From: Desulfovibrio sp. UBA4079
Lineage (GTDB): Bacteria; Desulfobacterota; Desulfovibrionia; Desulfovibrionales; Desulfovibrionaceae
Assembly (NCBI GenBank): GCA_002382645.1
Contig: DFYP01000207.1
Coordinates: 17,138-55,425 of the forward strand
Length of the DNA stretch: 38,288 nucleotides
Reading direction: 5' to 3'
How positions within the stretch are numbered: the stretch's first letter is position 1; each line of letters starts with the position of its first letter. Below are positions 12,266-21,279 of the stretch, one piece after another. The notes under the pieces are model-generated. The model saw only the letters and a list, made by a program, of their open reading frames with translations, ran no database searches and had not been told where the DNA came from. The translations under genes and the position numbers were made by a program.

Positions 12266-12311
12266 CATGCCGCCTGTTCCGGGTTGTGGAACAGGCGGCA
12301 TGCTATTTATT
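12266..12311 (+). terminator. 15-bp perfect inverted repeat after rpoD (terminator-like; also contains the island operator-like motif)
   Basis: CATGCCGCCTGTTCC-GGGTTGT-GGAACAGGCGGCATG followed by CTATTTATT. Confidence 0.6.
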
Positions 12312-12343
12312 TGGGGAGCGAGGACGAAAGAAGGAGGCGCCGC

Positions 12344-13534
12344 ATGTTCGTCACGGCTTCGATGGTCATCCCCCACAAGCGGGACAGGCACTGCCTCCAT
12401 CTGAAGACAATGGACGGGATATTCCGTTTCACTCCCTGGCGTTCCAACTTTTCATGTCACAAGTGGCAGCATGGGCAGTGGTTGAGTTGGCATTACGATC
12501 CGGGGTTTCTCTTTTTCCCCAGGCAGCCCAGCGATGGCAATGAACGGCAGGAACAATGCTTGGATGTTTTCTATGGGCATATCCCGCGGCAGGCATCGGA
12601 GATCGCTTCCCGGCTGGGCTGGATGCAATTCACGGCCCTGCGCCTTCTGCGCCGTAACCCTCGGGCGACGGACATCGCTTCGGATAATCTGGCCCTGTTT
12701 TGGGCGCTGGCCAAAAGCGTTGGCTGGGGAGAAATCGATCTTGTGGAAGCAGCTCATCTCGCCGATCAACGCCGGCGAGACATCGTTGGACGGCTGTTCC
12801 CGAATCAGAATGTGAGCGAGCGGTGTCTGCGCAAAATTCGAGGTGAGCGGTATGACTTCGACGAGTATTCCGTTCTTCTAGTCTTGGCTGGCCATAATCT
12901 TCTCGGTGCGCTGCGGGACGTTCCGCGCGTGAACCTTGCGGCGCTTATTCCTCTTGTCGGCTGTCCCCAATTGGTTTCCTGCGCATTTTTTCAACGGATG
13001 CTCCGGGAAAGGGATTGCGAAGAACATCGTGTGCAGTTCGTCAGGGGAATCGTAACCGACTGTCTCGCCATGGAGCGGGAACTAGGCACTGCGGATGCAT
13101 GGGATCGGTTGCGCAGATGCGCCAGTGTGGAGGCCTTGATCAAAAGGCATGATCGAATCGTGCAAAAGTTTAACGGCCGAGGTGAAATGGAAAAACGCCT
13201 GCGATTGGAGTTCGGTGAATTCTTCCCTGAACCGCCACTCCAGGGGGATGGGTCGATAGAGCCCATCACCACACTTACGGAACTCAAAAAAGAAGGGGAA
13301 CTCATGCGCCATTGCGTTCTGTGGTTGGCGCCAGGCATCTTTTCCGGGGAGTTTGCGGTATACAGGATGGTGGCGCCAGAACGGGCTACATTGGCGATAC
13401 GGGTTGATATGTTCAAGTGTCACATCCAGGATTTTGCACTATGCGATAATGCGGAACCAGGTCCTGATTCATGGAACAGCGTCCTGCGCTGGATCGAATC
13501 GGCGACGCCCAAAACAAGTTGGAATAAAAAATAA
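12344..13534 (+). CDS. PcfJ-like domain protein
   Basis: C-terminal PITTLTELKKEGELMRHCV...YRMVAPERATLAI resembles the PcfJ E-G-x-x-M-x-H-C-V motif; AGGAGG RBS before ATG 12344. Confidence 0.7.
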   Translation: MFVTASMVIPHKRDRHCLHLKTMDGIFRFTPWRSNFSCHKWQHGQWLSWHYDPGFLFFPRQPSDGNERQEQCLDVFYGHIPRQASEIASRLGWMQFTALRLLRRNPRATDIASDNLALFWALAKSVGWGEIDLVEAAHLADQRRRDIVGRLFPNQNVSERCLRKIRGERYDFDEYSVLLVLAGHNLLGALRDVPRVNLAALIPLVGCPQLVSCAFFQRMLRERDCEEHRVQFVRGIVTDCLAMERELGTADAWDRLRRCASVEALIKRHDRIVQKFNGRGEMEKRLRLEFGEFFPEPPLQGDGSIEPITTLTELKKEGELMRHCVLWLAPGIFSGEFAVYRMVAPERATLAIRVDMFKCHIQDFALCDNAEPGPDSWNSVLRWIESATPKTSWNKK

Positions 13535-13662
13535 ATGGAAAGCGATTGACGCTGAAGCCGCGAAGAGTCAAGAGAGAAAAACGGTATAGCGGCAGCCTGA
13601 AATTCATTGCTGCGGCAGAATTTCTTGCCGAGACTACCCCGTGACACATGGGAGCGGTGTTC

Positions 13663-16317
13663 ATGCGGATCACGCTCGGTTATCACTTTGATTCAGGTGT
13701 GTACCCAGATGCCCTGGGAACAGCGGATGCGGCTGAGGGCGCCCTAGCGACCGGCCCTCTCGGAATGGTCGGCCTGCTGGAAACAAGACTCGGCCTTCCC
13801 GGGGCAGCGGAAAATCAAGCTCGCAGAATAGCACAATGCCGCCGATCAATGGGCGAATTATGCGGATTGGGCACTCCATTTTATGCCCGTTCGTTTGCAG
13901 CCGACAACTGGGCCACCGCTAAACACATCCTGGCGCTTCGAGACGAATTGCGGCTTTCAGGCTGGAACGGCGTTGATCCCGGCGGATCCCCTCGGTTGGC
14001 AGACTTGGCACGCCTGGAGGAGCATCTGGGACTCGCGCCGGGTCTTGCCGAACGCCTGGACAGAATATTCGAATGGGGGCGCAAATACGGCTTTGACGAC
14101 ATCGCCGAAATACGCCTGCAGGAACCTGAACAGAATTGGCCATCTGCATTCACCCGGCTCTTTGCCCTGTTACGCGACCAAAATGTGCGTGTGGAGCAGA
14201 CTCCGCTCCTGGATGCACCGATTGCGGCAGGTGATTTAGGCTTGCTTCAAAACGCCTTGTTGGCGCCTGGACCGAAATCCAGACCGCTGGCCTTTGATGG
14301 GTCTTTGACCTGCCTGCGTTCCCAAACCATCGGCGAAGCCGCAGAGGCATTGGCCGCCTGGCTCGGCGCTGCCGATGCCTCCGACAAAGACATCCTGTTC
14401 TTGGTGCAGGCCAATGGCGGCGTGTTGGACAATGCCTTGCACCGCCATGGCCAGCCCAGGCAGGGGGGAGGAGAACGGTCCCCGTGGCGCGCGGCGTTAC
14501 AGCTGCTGCCCCTGGCCGTTGCTACCCGTTGGGCGCCATTCGACCCCCAACGAATGCTGGAATTCCTGACCGCTCCGCTTTGTCCAGTACACCCTGCCAT
14601 GGCAAGATGGCTGGTGCGCGCATTGGAGCAGTCGCCGGGCATCGGTAGCGCGGCATGGAACCAAGCCCTGGACCGCTGCAAACAGTGGGCTGCCGGCCGA
14701 GAGGATGGCCGTCAGCTGTTGGATGACCTGGCATTCTGGACTGAAGGAAACAGAAAAGCGCCGTCAGATGGCATGACCGCATATGCCATTCAGAATCTCT
14801 GCCTGCGGATCGTGCAGTGGGCTGGCCGCGGCATGCTTCCAGAGGCAGTCGAAATCCTGCCGACAGCCGCGAGTCTGGCCAAGGAACTCGCCGAAGCTGT
14901 GCAGGATAGTGGCATGTCCTTGATCCCAAAGGCTCAACTTGACCGCATGCTCGATTCGGTGGTCGGCGCCGGGGCGTCAACCGGGAGCGGGGCCGAGGCT
15001 TCTCCCTGGTGGAATGTATCGCACCCCGGACAGATCAGGGATCATATCGACACCATTGTCTGGTGGAACTTCTGTTCCGATGAATCGGCCGTTCCGCTCC
15101 CTCCCTGGACCCAGGCCGAATCGGGGGCATTGAGGGCCGCAGGGGTGGTCCTGGACGATCATCTCGCCCGCCGCCGTCTTGAGGTGTCGGCCTGGAAGTT
15201 GCCGGTTCTGCATGCGCGATCCCGTCTGGTGCTCGTCATGCCGAGGCGTGACCGGGGAGAGACCGCGGGGCCTCATCCCTTCTGGGAGGACATCGCCGCC
15301 GGCCTGGGCCTCGACGAGTCTTTCCATCTGCCACGCCTGGCATTGGAAGCGAGTCAACTGCGCAGGCGCCCCACTGCCCATCTCCTGGGAAGAGATATCC
15401 CGGTCGACGAAGTTGAAATTGTGGGTCTCCCTGCCGCCAAAGACTCCTGGGGGGTGCCGCCCGGCAGCGTACCGCGCCGCGAGAAGGAATCTCCCTCGGG
15501 CATGGAGAAGCTCATCGCCTGCCCCCTGTCATGGGTGCTCAATTATCGGTTGCGCATACGGCCCGGGAAGATTCTTGACCTGCCTGAAGGGAACAGGCTG
15601 AAGGGCAACTTCTGCCACGCCCTCATCAACATACTCCTCACAGAAGGCGTCCAACTACCGCCAGAGGATGCCGCCAAGCGCGCCCTGGAGCTTTTCGACG
15701 CGAATCTTGAAAAACTCGCCGCCCCGTTCCTGCTTCCCGGCATGGGGGGCGACCGGCTCGAACTGCGGAGACGTTTCGGACTGGCGGTCCTGGGTCTTTT
15801 TGAGCGCCTGCAACGGCTTGGGCTTTCCGTTGACGGGAGCGAACGAGAGATCGAACGCGTGGATGAGAAAGGGCAGCTTTTTGGCGGCGTCATGGATCTT
15901 TTGCTGCGAGACAAATCCGGGCATCCCATGGTCTGGGATCTGAAGTGGTCCTCGAGAAGCAAGTATCGGCGAGAGGAGATGAAGGAAGGCCTGGCGTTGC
16001 AACTGGCTGCGTACTGCTGGATGCTCGCAAGGGACGAGGTCCCGGCCCGGGCCGCCTATTTCATGCTTGCGCAAAATGAATTGATCGCTCCTCCCGATCC
16101 CGCTTTGCCGGCCGAGGAAACAGTGGACGTGAATCTTCGCAAGGTATGGGAGGATGCCCACGCCGCCTATGAAAAAAGGCTTGCGGAAATCGCAGGGGGT
16201 AACATCGCTGCGGAGATCCCGCGCGAGGGCGACGAAGCCGGTGGGGGCTTCCGCATCAAGCCCAAATGCACGTTCTGCGATTACGGCGCGATCTGCGGAG
16301 TGCGTTATGAATCCTGA
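13663..16317 (+). CDS. AddB/RexB-like PD-(D/E)XK nuclease subunit with Fe-S Cys motif
   Basis: SPSGMEKLIACP, GVMDL..WDLKW..QLAAY, terminal CTFCDYGAIC; no Walker A seen in the N-terminus; overlaps the following helicase gene. Confidence 0.8.
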   Translation: MRITLGYHFDSGVYPDALGTADAAEGALATGPLGMVGLLETRLGLPGAAENQARRIAQCRRSMGELCGLGTPFYARSFAADNWATAKHILALRDELRLSGWNGVDPGGSPRLADLARLEEHLGLAPGLAERLDRIFEWGRKYGFDDIAEIRLQEPEQNWPSAFTRLFALLRDQNVRVEQTPLLDAPIAAGDLGLLQNALLAPGPKSRPLAFDGSLTCLRSQTIGEAAEALAAWLGAADASDKDILFLVQANGGVLDNALHRHGQPRQGGGERSPWRAALQLLPLAVATRWAPFDPQRMLEFLTAPLCPVHPAMARWLVRALEQSPGIGSAAWNQALDRCKQWAAGREDGRQLLDDLAFWTEGNRKAPSDGMTAYAIQNLCLRIVQWAGRGMLPEAVEILPTAASLAKELAEAVQDSGMSLIPKAQLDRMLDSVVGAGASTGSGAEASPWWNVSHPGQIRDHIDTIVWWNFCSDESAVPLPPWTQAESGALRAAGVVLDDHLARRRLEVSAWKLPVLHARSRLVLVMPRRDRGETAGPHPFWEDIAAGLGLDESFHLPRLALEASQLRRRPTAHLLGRDIPVDEVEIVGLPAAKDSWGVPPGSVPRREKESPSGMEKLIACPLSWVLNYRLRIRPGKILDLPEGNRLKGNFCHALINILLTEGVQLPPEDAAKRALELFDANLEKLAAPFLLPGMGGDRLELRRRFGLAVLGLFERLQRLGLSVDGSEREIERVDEKGQLFGGVMDLLLRDKSGHPMVWDLKWSSRSKYRREEMKEGLALQLAAYCWMLARDEVPARAAYFMLAQNELIAPPDPALPAEETVDVNLRKVWEDAHAAYEKRLAEIAGGNIAAEIPREGDEAGGGFRIKPKCTFCDYGAICGVRYES

Positions 16318-19300
16318 AATCGCTTTGATCAGCGCCAGCGCTGGTTCCGGCAAGACTTACCGGCTGACCGAGGTTTTGGTGGAAAGTCTCTCCCAGGGGG
16401 TACGGCCTGAAGCCGTCCTGGCCACCACGTTCACGAAGAAGGCCGCCCAGGAGCTGACCGCCCGCGTTCGAGCCCGCCTCCTCAAGGCGGGCAGAACCGA
16501 AGACGCGTTGCGCATGCTGGACGGCTACATCGGCACGGTGAATGCGGTATGCGGCAGCCTGCTCAAGGACTTCGCCCTTGAGGCCGGGCTCTCACCTACC
16601 CTGGATGTGCTTCCCGAGGGGCGCGACGAGGCCACCTTTCGCATAGCCGCCTCGCCTGTCATGGAGCGGTGGTTCACGAAACTTGCGCAGCCGCTCCGAG
16701 CCCTGGAAGTGGAAGAATGGGACAAGACTATCCTGGCCGTAGCAAAGGCAGCGAGGTTGAACGGAATCGCCCCGGATCAACTCAACGGCTGCGCCCAACG
16801 TTCCTGGAATGAGTTCCGGCAAATGCTGCCGGAGCCGCTCCCGCCAAGTGAAGGAGAAAACCTGGATGCGGAACTGGCCAGGGAATTGCGGCAGGCAACG
16901 GCCAGGATTCCCAAGGCAGGCGACAGCACCAAGACGACGATTCAAGCCCGCGACAAGCTTTTGGCTGTCTTGCGCAGGAACCGCGAGGGAATTCCGCAGA
17001 CGTGGGCGGATTGGATCCGTCTCTCAAAGGTTACGGCAGGGAAGCGAAGCGACGATGCGTTGGAGGGCCTGCGCGAACTGGCGGGGCAGGTGCTGGTTCA
17101 CCCGAGACTCCACGCTGACCTGGAATATCTCATTCAGGGTACTTTCGCCTGCGCGGCCGAGGCCCTGTCGTTCTACGCCGACTACAAGCGCGACCTGGGG
17201 CTCATCGATTTCGTGGACCAGGAGGCATCGACTCTGGAGTTGCTGGACCAGCCCGATGTCGCCAAGGCATTGCATGAACGCCTTGATCTTGTCCTGGTGG
17301 ACGAGTTCCAGGATACCAGCCCGATCCAGCTCGCGCTTTTTCTCAAGCTGGCATCGCTTACGCGCCGTTCGGTCTGGGTGGGAGACCAGAAACAGGCGAT
17401 CTATGGCTTCCGGGGAACCGATCCAACGCTCATGGAAGCGGTGGTGCAGTCGCTCGGGAAGCCCGAGGTGTTGCCGCACAGCTGGCGTTCCCAGCCGGAA
17501 CTCGTGCGCTTCTGCAGCGAGTTCTTCGCCAAGGCCTTCGCTCCGGTTGGCATCCCGGAAGATCGGGTGCGTCTGACGCCATCGCCGGGTTCCCGGGCCT
17601 CAGTCTCTCCGCAGGGGCACCTGAAGTGTTTCCGCCTGGAGGCGAAAAACAACGGCGATGAAACAGCAGCCCTCGTGGCGGGAATCTCCCACCTGCTACA
17701 CCAGGCCGCCGACTCCCCGGTGCTGGACAAAGGCACAGGCCAGGAACGTCCCCTTGAGGCCGGCGACATAGCTGTTCTCTGCCGCAGCAATGCCGATTGC
17801 CGGAATTTGGCCACCACCCTCGAAAAGTTCGGGATCCGCGTCGCCATGTCCAGGACAGGCCTCCTGTCCCGGCCGGAGTCCGTGCTGGCCCTTGCCGCCT
17901 ACCGCTATCTGATCGACGAGTCGGACAGTTTGGCTGTCGCCGAGATGGCAAGGCTCCTGAATCCCGACCCGGCCGAGTTTCTGCGGCAGGCGGCTGGAAA
18001 GGGCATGGACGCTGTTAAGGCGAGCCTGAAGGCCATTGCCCGGCTGGATGATGCGCGCAAGAATTTGATCCGCTTGACGCCTTCGGAAAGCCTCTCATTA
18101 GCCATGGAATGCGTTGACGCTGACCGTGCTGTCCTGCGCTGGGGCGACGAGGACGTACGGCTGGGAAACCTGGATGCCCTGTTGGGGTTTGCCACCAAAT
18201 ACGAGGACCAATGCCGGTCGGCGCGCTCCGCCTGTTCCCCGGCTGGACTGGTCGCGTATTTCGAAGATCTGGCGAAGGAAGAACAGGATGCCCAGGCCGA
18301 GGGGCAGGGTCGGGAGGCCGTGCAGGTTCTCACCTACCACAGGGCGAAAGGGCTGGAGTGGCCGCTGGTGGTGCTCACCGGACTGAACACCGAGCCAAAG
18401 GGCAATCCTTTCGGCGTGGGAGCAGTGACCTCGAATGGACCTCTGAACTTGACGAGCCCTCTGGCGGGGCGATGGATACGCTATTGGCCGTGGCCATTCG
18501 GAACTCAGAAGAAGGTCGACGGATTCAGCGATGCCGTCGAAACCTCCATCGTGGGCCGCCAGATGTCCGATGCAGAGCGGCGTGAGCTGCTGCGCCTCCT
18601 TTACGTGGGCATGACGAGGGCGAGGGATCATCTGGTTTTCGCGGCCCGCTGCCCGGGCAACTCGGGAATGACCGCCTGGCTGGACGGCTGCCTGGACGAG
18701 ACAGGGGAACCCATCTTGTCCCTGCCCAGTGCAGAAGGAAAGGGGATGATACTAGTCGGCGGGGATCAATTTCCCATGCTGACGAAGGTCTTTCAGCCTA
18801 TGCCGGAGGCAGACAGGGACTGTTCCCAAAAGGTCTTTTGCCCGGTACGCCCGTCCAGTCTTCCGACCTACCCGCCAGCCCGCTTCACGCCGAGCCAAGC
18901 CAAGGGAAGTGCTGAGCCTTCTTTCAAGATCATCTCATTGGGGCCGAGGCTTGAAGTCGGCAAAGTCGACGATTCCGCGAAGTTCGGCAGCATGGTTCAT
19001 GCCTTCCTGGCCGTGGACAGGCCAGAACTCGAGCGAGGGAAGAGACTCACACGCGCCGGGGAAATTTGCGCCGCGTGGGGTGTGGAATCCCTCAAGCCTG
19101 AAGCCATGCTGGAGATGAGCGGCCGGCTCTACCGCTTCTTGCGCGAACGGTACGGAGAAGTGTTCGAGATCATCAGGGAATGGCCCATCGCCATGCGATG
19201 TGGTATGCAGCGCGGCAAGGGCTTCATCGACATGATCATTCGCCTTGAGAACGGCGATGTGCTCGTCGACCATAAGACGGTGGATGGGGATGCCGACCGA

Positions 19301-19432
19301 CTTGAGGCCAAGGCCTGCGGCTACGCGGGCCAATTGGCCATATACCGCGAGGCTTGGGAGAAGGCCACGGGAAGAAATGTGGTTGAGACCTTGATCCACT
19401 TTTCTTTGGTAGGGAAGATAGCAACACTTTGA
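16307..19432 (+). CDS. AddA/RecB-like UvrD helicase-nuclease
   Basis: ASAGSGKT, TFTKKAA, VDEFQDT, VGDQKQAIYGFRG, LTYHRAKGLEWP, LYVGMTRA, C-terminal GFIDM..VDHKT..QLAIY. Confidence 0.9.
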   Translation: MNPEIALISASAGSGKTYRLTEVLVESLSQGVRPEAVLATTFTKKAAQELTARVRARLLKAGRTEDALRMLDGYIGTVNAVCGSLLKDFALEAGLSPTLDVLPEGRDEATFRIAASPVMERWFTKLAQPLRALEVEEWDKTILAVAKAARLNGIAPDQLNGCAQRSWNEFRQMLPEPLPPSEGENLDAELARELRQATARIPKAGDSTKTTIQARDKLLAVLRRNREGIPQTWADWIRLSKVTAGKRSDDALEGLRELAGQVLVHPRLHADLEYLIQGTFACAAEALSFYADYKRDLGLIDFVDQEASTLELLDQPDVAKALHERLDLVLVDEFQDTSPIQLALFLKLASLTRRSVWVGDQKQAIYGFRGTDPTLMEAVVQSLGKPEVLPHSWRSQPELVRFCSEFFAKAFAPVGIPEDRVRLTPSPGSRASVSPQGHLKCFRLEAKNNGDETAALVAGISHLLHQAADSPVLDKGTGQERPLEAGDIAVLCRSNADCRNLATTLEKFGIRVAMSRTGLLSRPESVLALAAYRYLIDESDSLAVAEMARLLNPDPAEFLRQAAGKGMDAVKASLKAIARLDDARKNLIRLTPSESLSLAMECVDADRAVLRWGDEDVRLGNLDALLGFATKYEDQCRSARSACSPAGLVAYFEDLAKEEQDAQAEGQGREAVQVLTYHRAKGLEWPLVVLTGLNTEPKGNPFGVGAVTSNGPLNLTSPLAGRWIRYWPWPFGTQKKVDGFSDAVETSIVGRQMSDAERRELLRLLYVGMTRARDHLVFAARCPGNSGMTAWLDGCLDETGEPILSLPSAEGKGMILVGGDQFPMLTKVFQPMPEADRDCSQKVFCPVRPSSLPTYPPARFTPSQAKGSAEPSFKIISLGPRLEVGKVDDSAKFGSMVHAFLAVDRPELERGKRLTRAGEICAAWGVESLKPEAMLEMSGRLYRFLRERYGEVFEIIREWPIAMRCGMQRGKGFIDMIIRLENGDVLVDHKTVDGDADRLEAKACGYAGQLAIYREAWEKATGRNVVETLIHFSLVGKIATL

Positions 19433-19567
19433 TTAGACAAAAACATTCTCGACTGCTCAAAAAATATGCCTTTTTTATTGTACTAATAATGGTGCGTTAT
19501 TAAATTAATATTTTAATATATCTTAAGAATTAGAGCGTGCCAGAATAAAACAAAAAGAAGGTTTGTC

Positions 19568-20647
19568 ATGAATAATGATTTTGAAGAATTATGCAAGAGT
19601 CTTAAAAAAAATCCAATGTACTATTTTTCTTTGGCTTCAAAAGAATTGTTTCACAGCAATTTCATTGCATGGCTTTATGAAGAAAATAAAATTCAATCAT
19701 TCATTGAAGATTTTTTAAAAAGTAAAGGAAAAATTAATGATGATGATAAACTTGAGTTTGAAAGTATACACCGTGAACTTAATAATTTTGATATAGTGTT
19801 TCAATGCAAAATAAATAGTATAGAAACTAATATTATAATAGAAAATAAAGTAAAATCATACCCTTCCGTTGATCAGTTAGTAAAATACGAAGATAGAGCT
19901 AAAGAATTTAACTGCGACTGTATTTTTATATTACTTACGCTTGACTATTCCAATCATGGAAGACAATCGATATGGAATACATTGCTGTATTCTGATTTTA
20001 TAAAATATATTGAGGATAATTTATTAAATAAAGATGACTGCAAAGAAAGATATTTAAGTGACTACATTGAACTAGTTAAAGGACTCCAAAGTATATTGGA
20101 AAATTTTAATCGTGAAGATACATTTTTATGTACCAATGATGAGCGTGTCGCATTAAAAGAAATTAAGCTTTATGATTTTATAGCAAAAAGGCAATTTGAA
20201 AAGTTAAGATCCAGTTTGCTTGAGCAATATAATGATGGCAAGGTTAAGACCAGTACAGATTTTATTAAAGGTGAACCGATAATTGACGTTTATATCGAAA
20301 TCAATGGAATTAAAATTGGAACACAGGTAAATGGATTAAACTACAGACACTTCGTAATAGAGCCCATGCTTACGAGAGGCTGTGTGGCATACTCTCTAGA
20401 AAAAATTTGGTTTGATGGTTTACCCGTGCCCAGGAGAAATTCAAAGCGTATAAATGAATATGGATTTGGAGAATTCAAAGATAAAAAAAATAAACAGCTC
20501 TTCTTGCATAGGAGCTGTGCAATAAACCCAAATATGGAAAGAAAAGAACTTGCGGAACAAATCAAAATGGATGTTGATTACCTTTTAGAAAATAAAAAGG
20601 ATCTGGCTAATAAAATTAAGAAAATAACTCACCAAAATCCTAGCTGA
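19568..20647 (+). CDS. PD-(D/E)XK nuclease family protein (PDDEXK_4-like), AT-rich
   Basis: KELFHSNFIAWL, RE..NFDI, IIIENKVKS..QLVKY; markedly AT-rich DNA. Confidence 0.75.
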   Translation: MNNDFEELCKSLKKNPMYYFSLASKELFHSNFIAWLYEENKIQSFIEDFLKSKGKINDDDKLEFESIHRELNNFDIVFQCKINSIETNIIIENKVKSYPSVDQLVKYEDRAKEFNCDCIFILLTLDYSNHGRQSIWNTLLYSDFIKYIEDNLLNKDDCKERYLSDYIELVKGLQSILENFNREDTFLCTNDERVALKEIKLYDFIAKRQFEKLRSSLLEQYNDGKVKTSTDFIKGEPIIDVYIEINGIKIGTQVNGLNYRHFVIEPMLTRGCVAYSLEKIWFDGLPVPRRNSKRINEYGFGEFKDKKNKQLFLHRSCAINPNMERKELAEQIKMDVDYLLENKKDLANKIKKITHQNPS

Positions 20648-20649
20648 GC

Positions 20650-20685
20650 TTATTCTCATATCTGGAATAACTCGCACCTATTCTC
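20650..20685 (+). promoter_or_regulatory. Palindromic operator-like site plus -10-like box upstream of the phosphatase operon
   Basis: TTATTC-N9-GAATAA, then CCTATTCTC; similar copy with the same spacing at 23331-23366. Confidence 0.6.
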
Positions 20686-20690
20686 TGCCC

Positions 20691-21254
20691 ATGCGAAACT
20701 CATGTCATGGGGTGGAAAATATCCCCTATCCCCGGGCTTATTGGGTCATCCCCGGCAAGTTCCTCGCCGGCTGTTATCCAGGAAGCCTTGATCCAGCCGA
20801 AGCCGAGCTGAAGATAGGCCAGCTCGTGGCCTGCGGAATCCGCTCCATCATCTGTCTCATGGAAGAGGATGAGCGGGATTGGAGCGGCAACCGCTTTGTC
20901 CCGTACACGCCCCTCTATCTGAAGCTCGCTCGCGATCAGGGGGTGGCTGCATCCTGGCACCGCCACCCCATACAAGACCAAGGCGTCCCCACAAAAGACC
21001 AAATGAAGGCGATCCTCGACCGCCTCGACGAATCCTTGAGCAAGGAGCATCCGGTTTTTATCCATTGCTGGGGCGGCAAAGGCCGGACCGGCATGGCGGT
21101 CGGATGCTGGCTGGCACGCCACGGCGTTGCCGAGGGCGTCGATTTGCTCAAGATCGTCCAGTATTTGAGGCGGCATGACCCCAAAGGTTACGACCCTTCG
21201 CCGGAGACCCCCGACCAGCGCCGTTTCGTCCTGGAATGGAGCCGCGGAGAATGA
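20691..21254 (+). CDS. Protein-tyrosine/dual-specificity (CX5R) phosphatase family protein
   Basis: HCWGGKGRTG P-loop, HPIQDQGVP acid loop, PETPDQ Q-loop; start codon uncertain. Confidence 0.85.
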   Translation: MRNSCHGVENIPYPRAYWVIPGKFLAGCYPGSLDPAEAELKIGQLVACGIRSIICLMEEDERDWSGNRFVPYTPLYLKLARDQGVAASWHRHPIQDQGVPTKDQMKAILDRLDESLSKEHPVFIHCWGGKGRTGMAVGCWLARHGVAEGVDLLKIVQYLRRHDPKGYDPSPETPDQRRFVLEWSRGE

Positions 21255-21279
21255 ATCGCCCAAAACACGGAGGGAGAAC

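Noticed and set aside
13546-13630. Short inverted repeats upstream of the addB-like gene (TTGAC-N16-GTCAA, AAATTC-N12-GAATTT, CGGCA-N8-TGCCG)
   Set aside because: Spacing differs from the shared N9 motif and none is repeated elsewhere; could be chance
15480-16317. Cas4-like Fe-S nuclease motif suggesting a CRISPR locus
   Set aside because: It is the C-terminal domain of an AddB-like protein; no repeat-spacer array or other cas genes were seen
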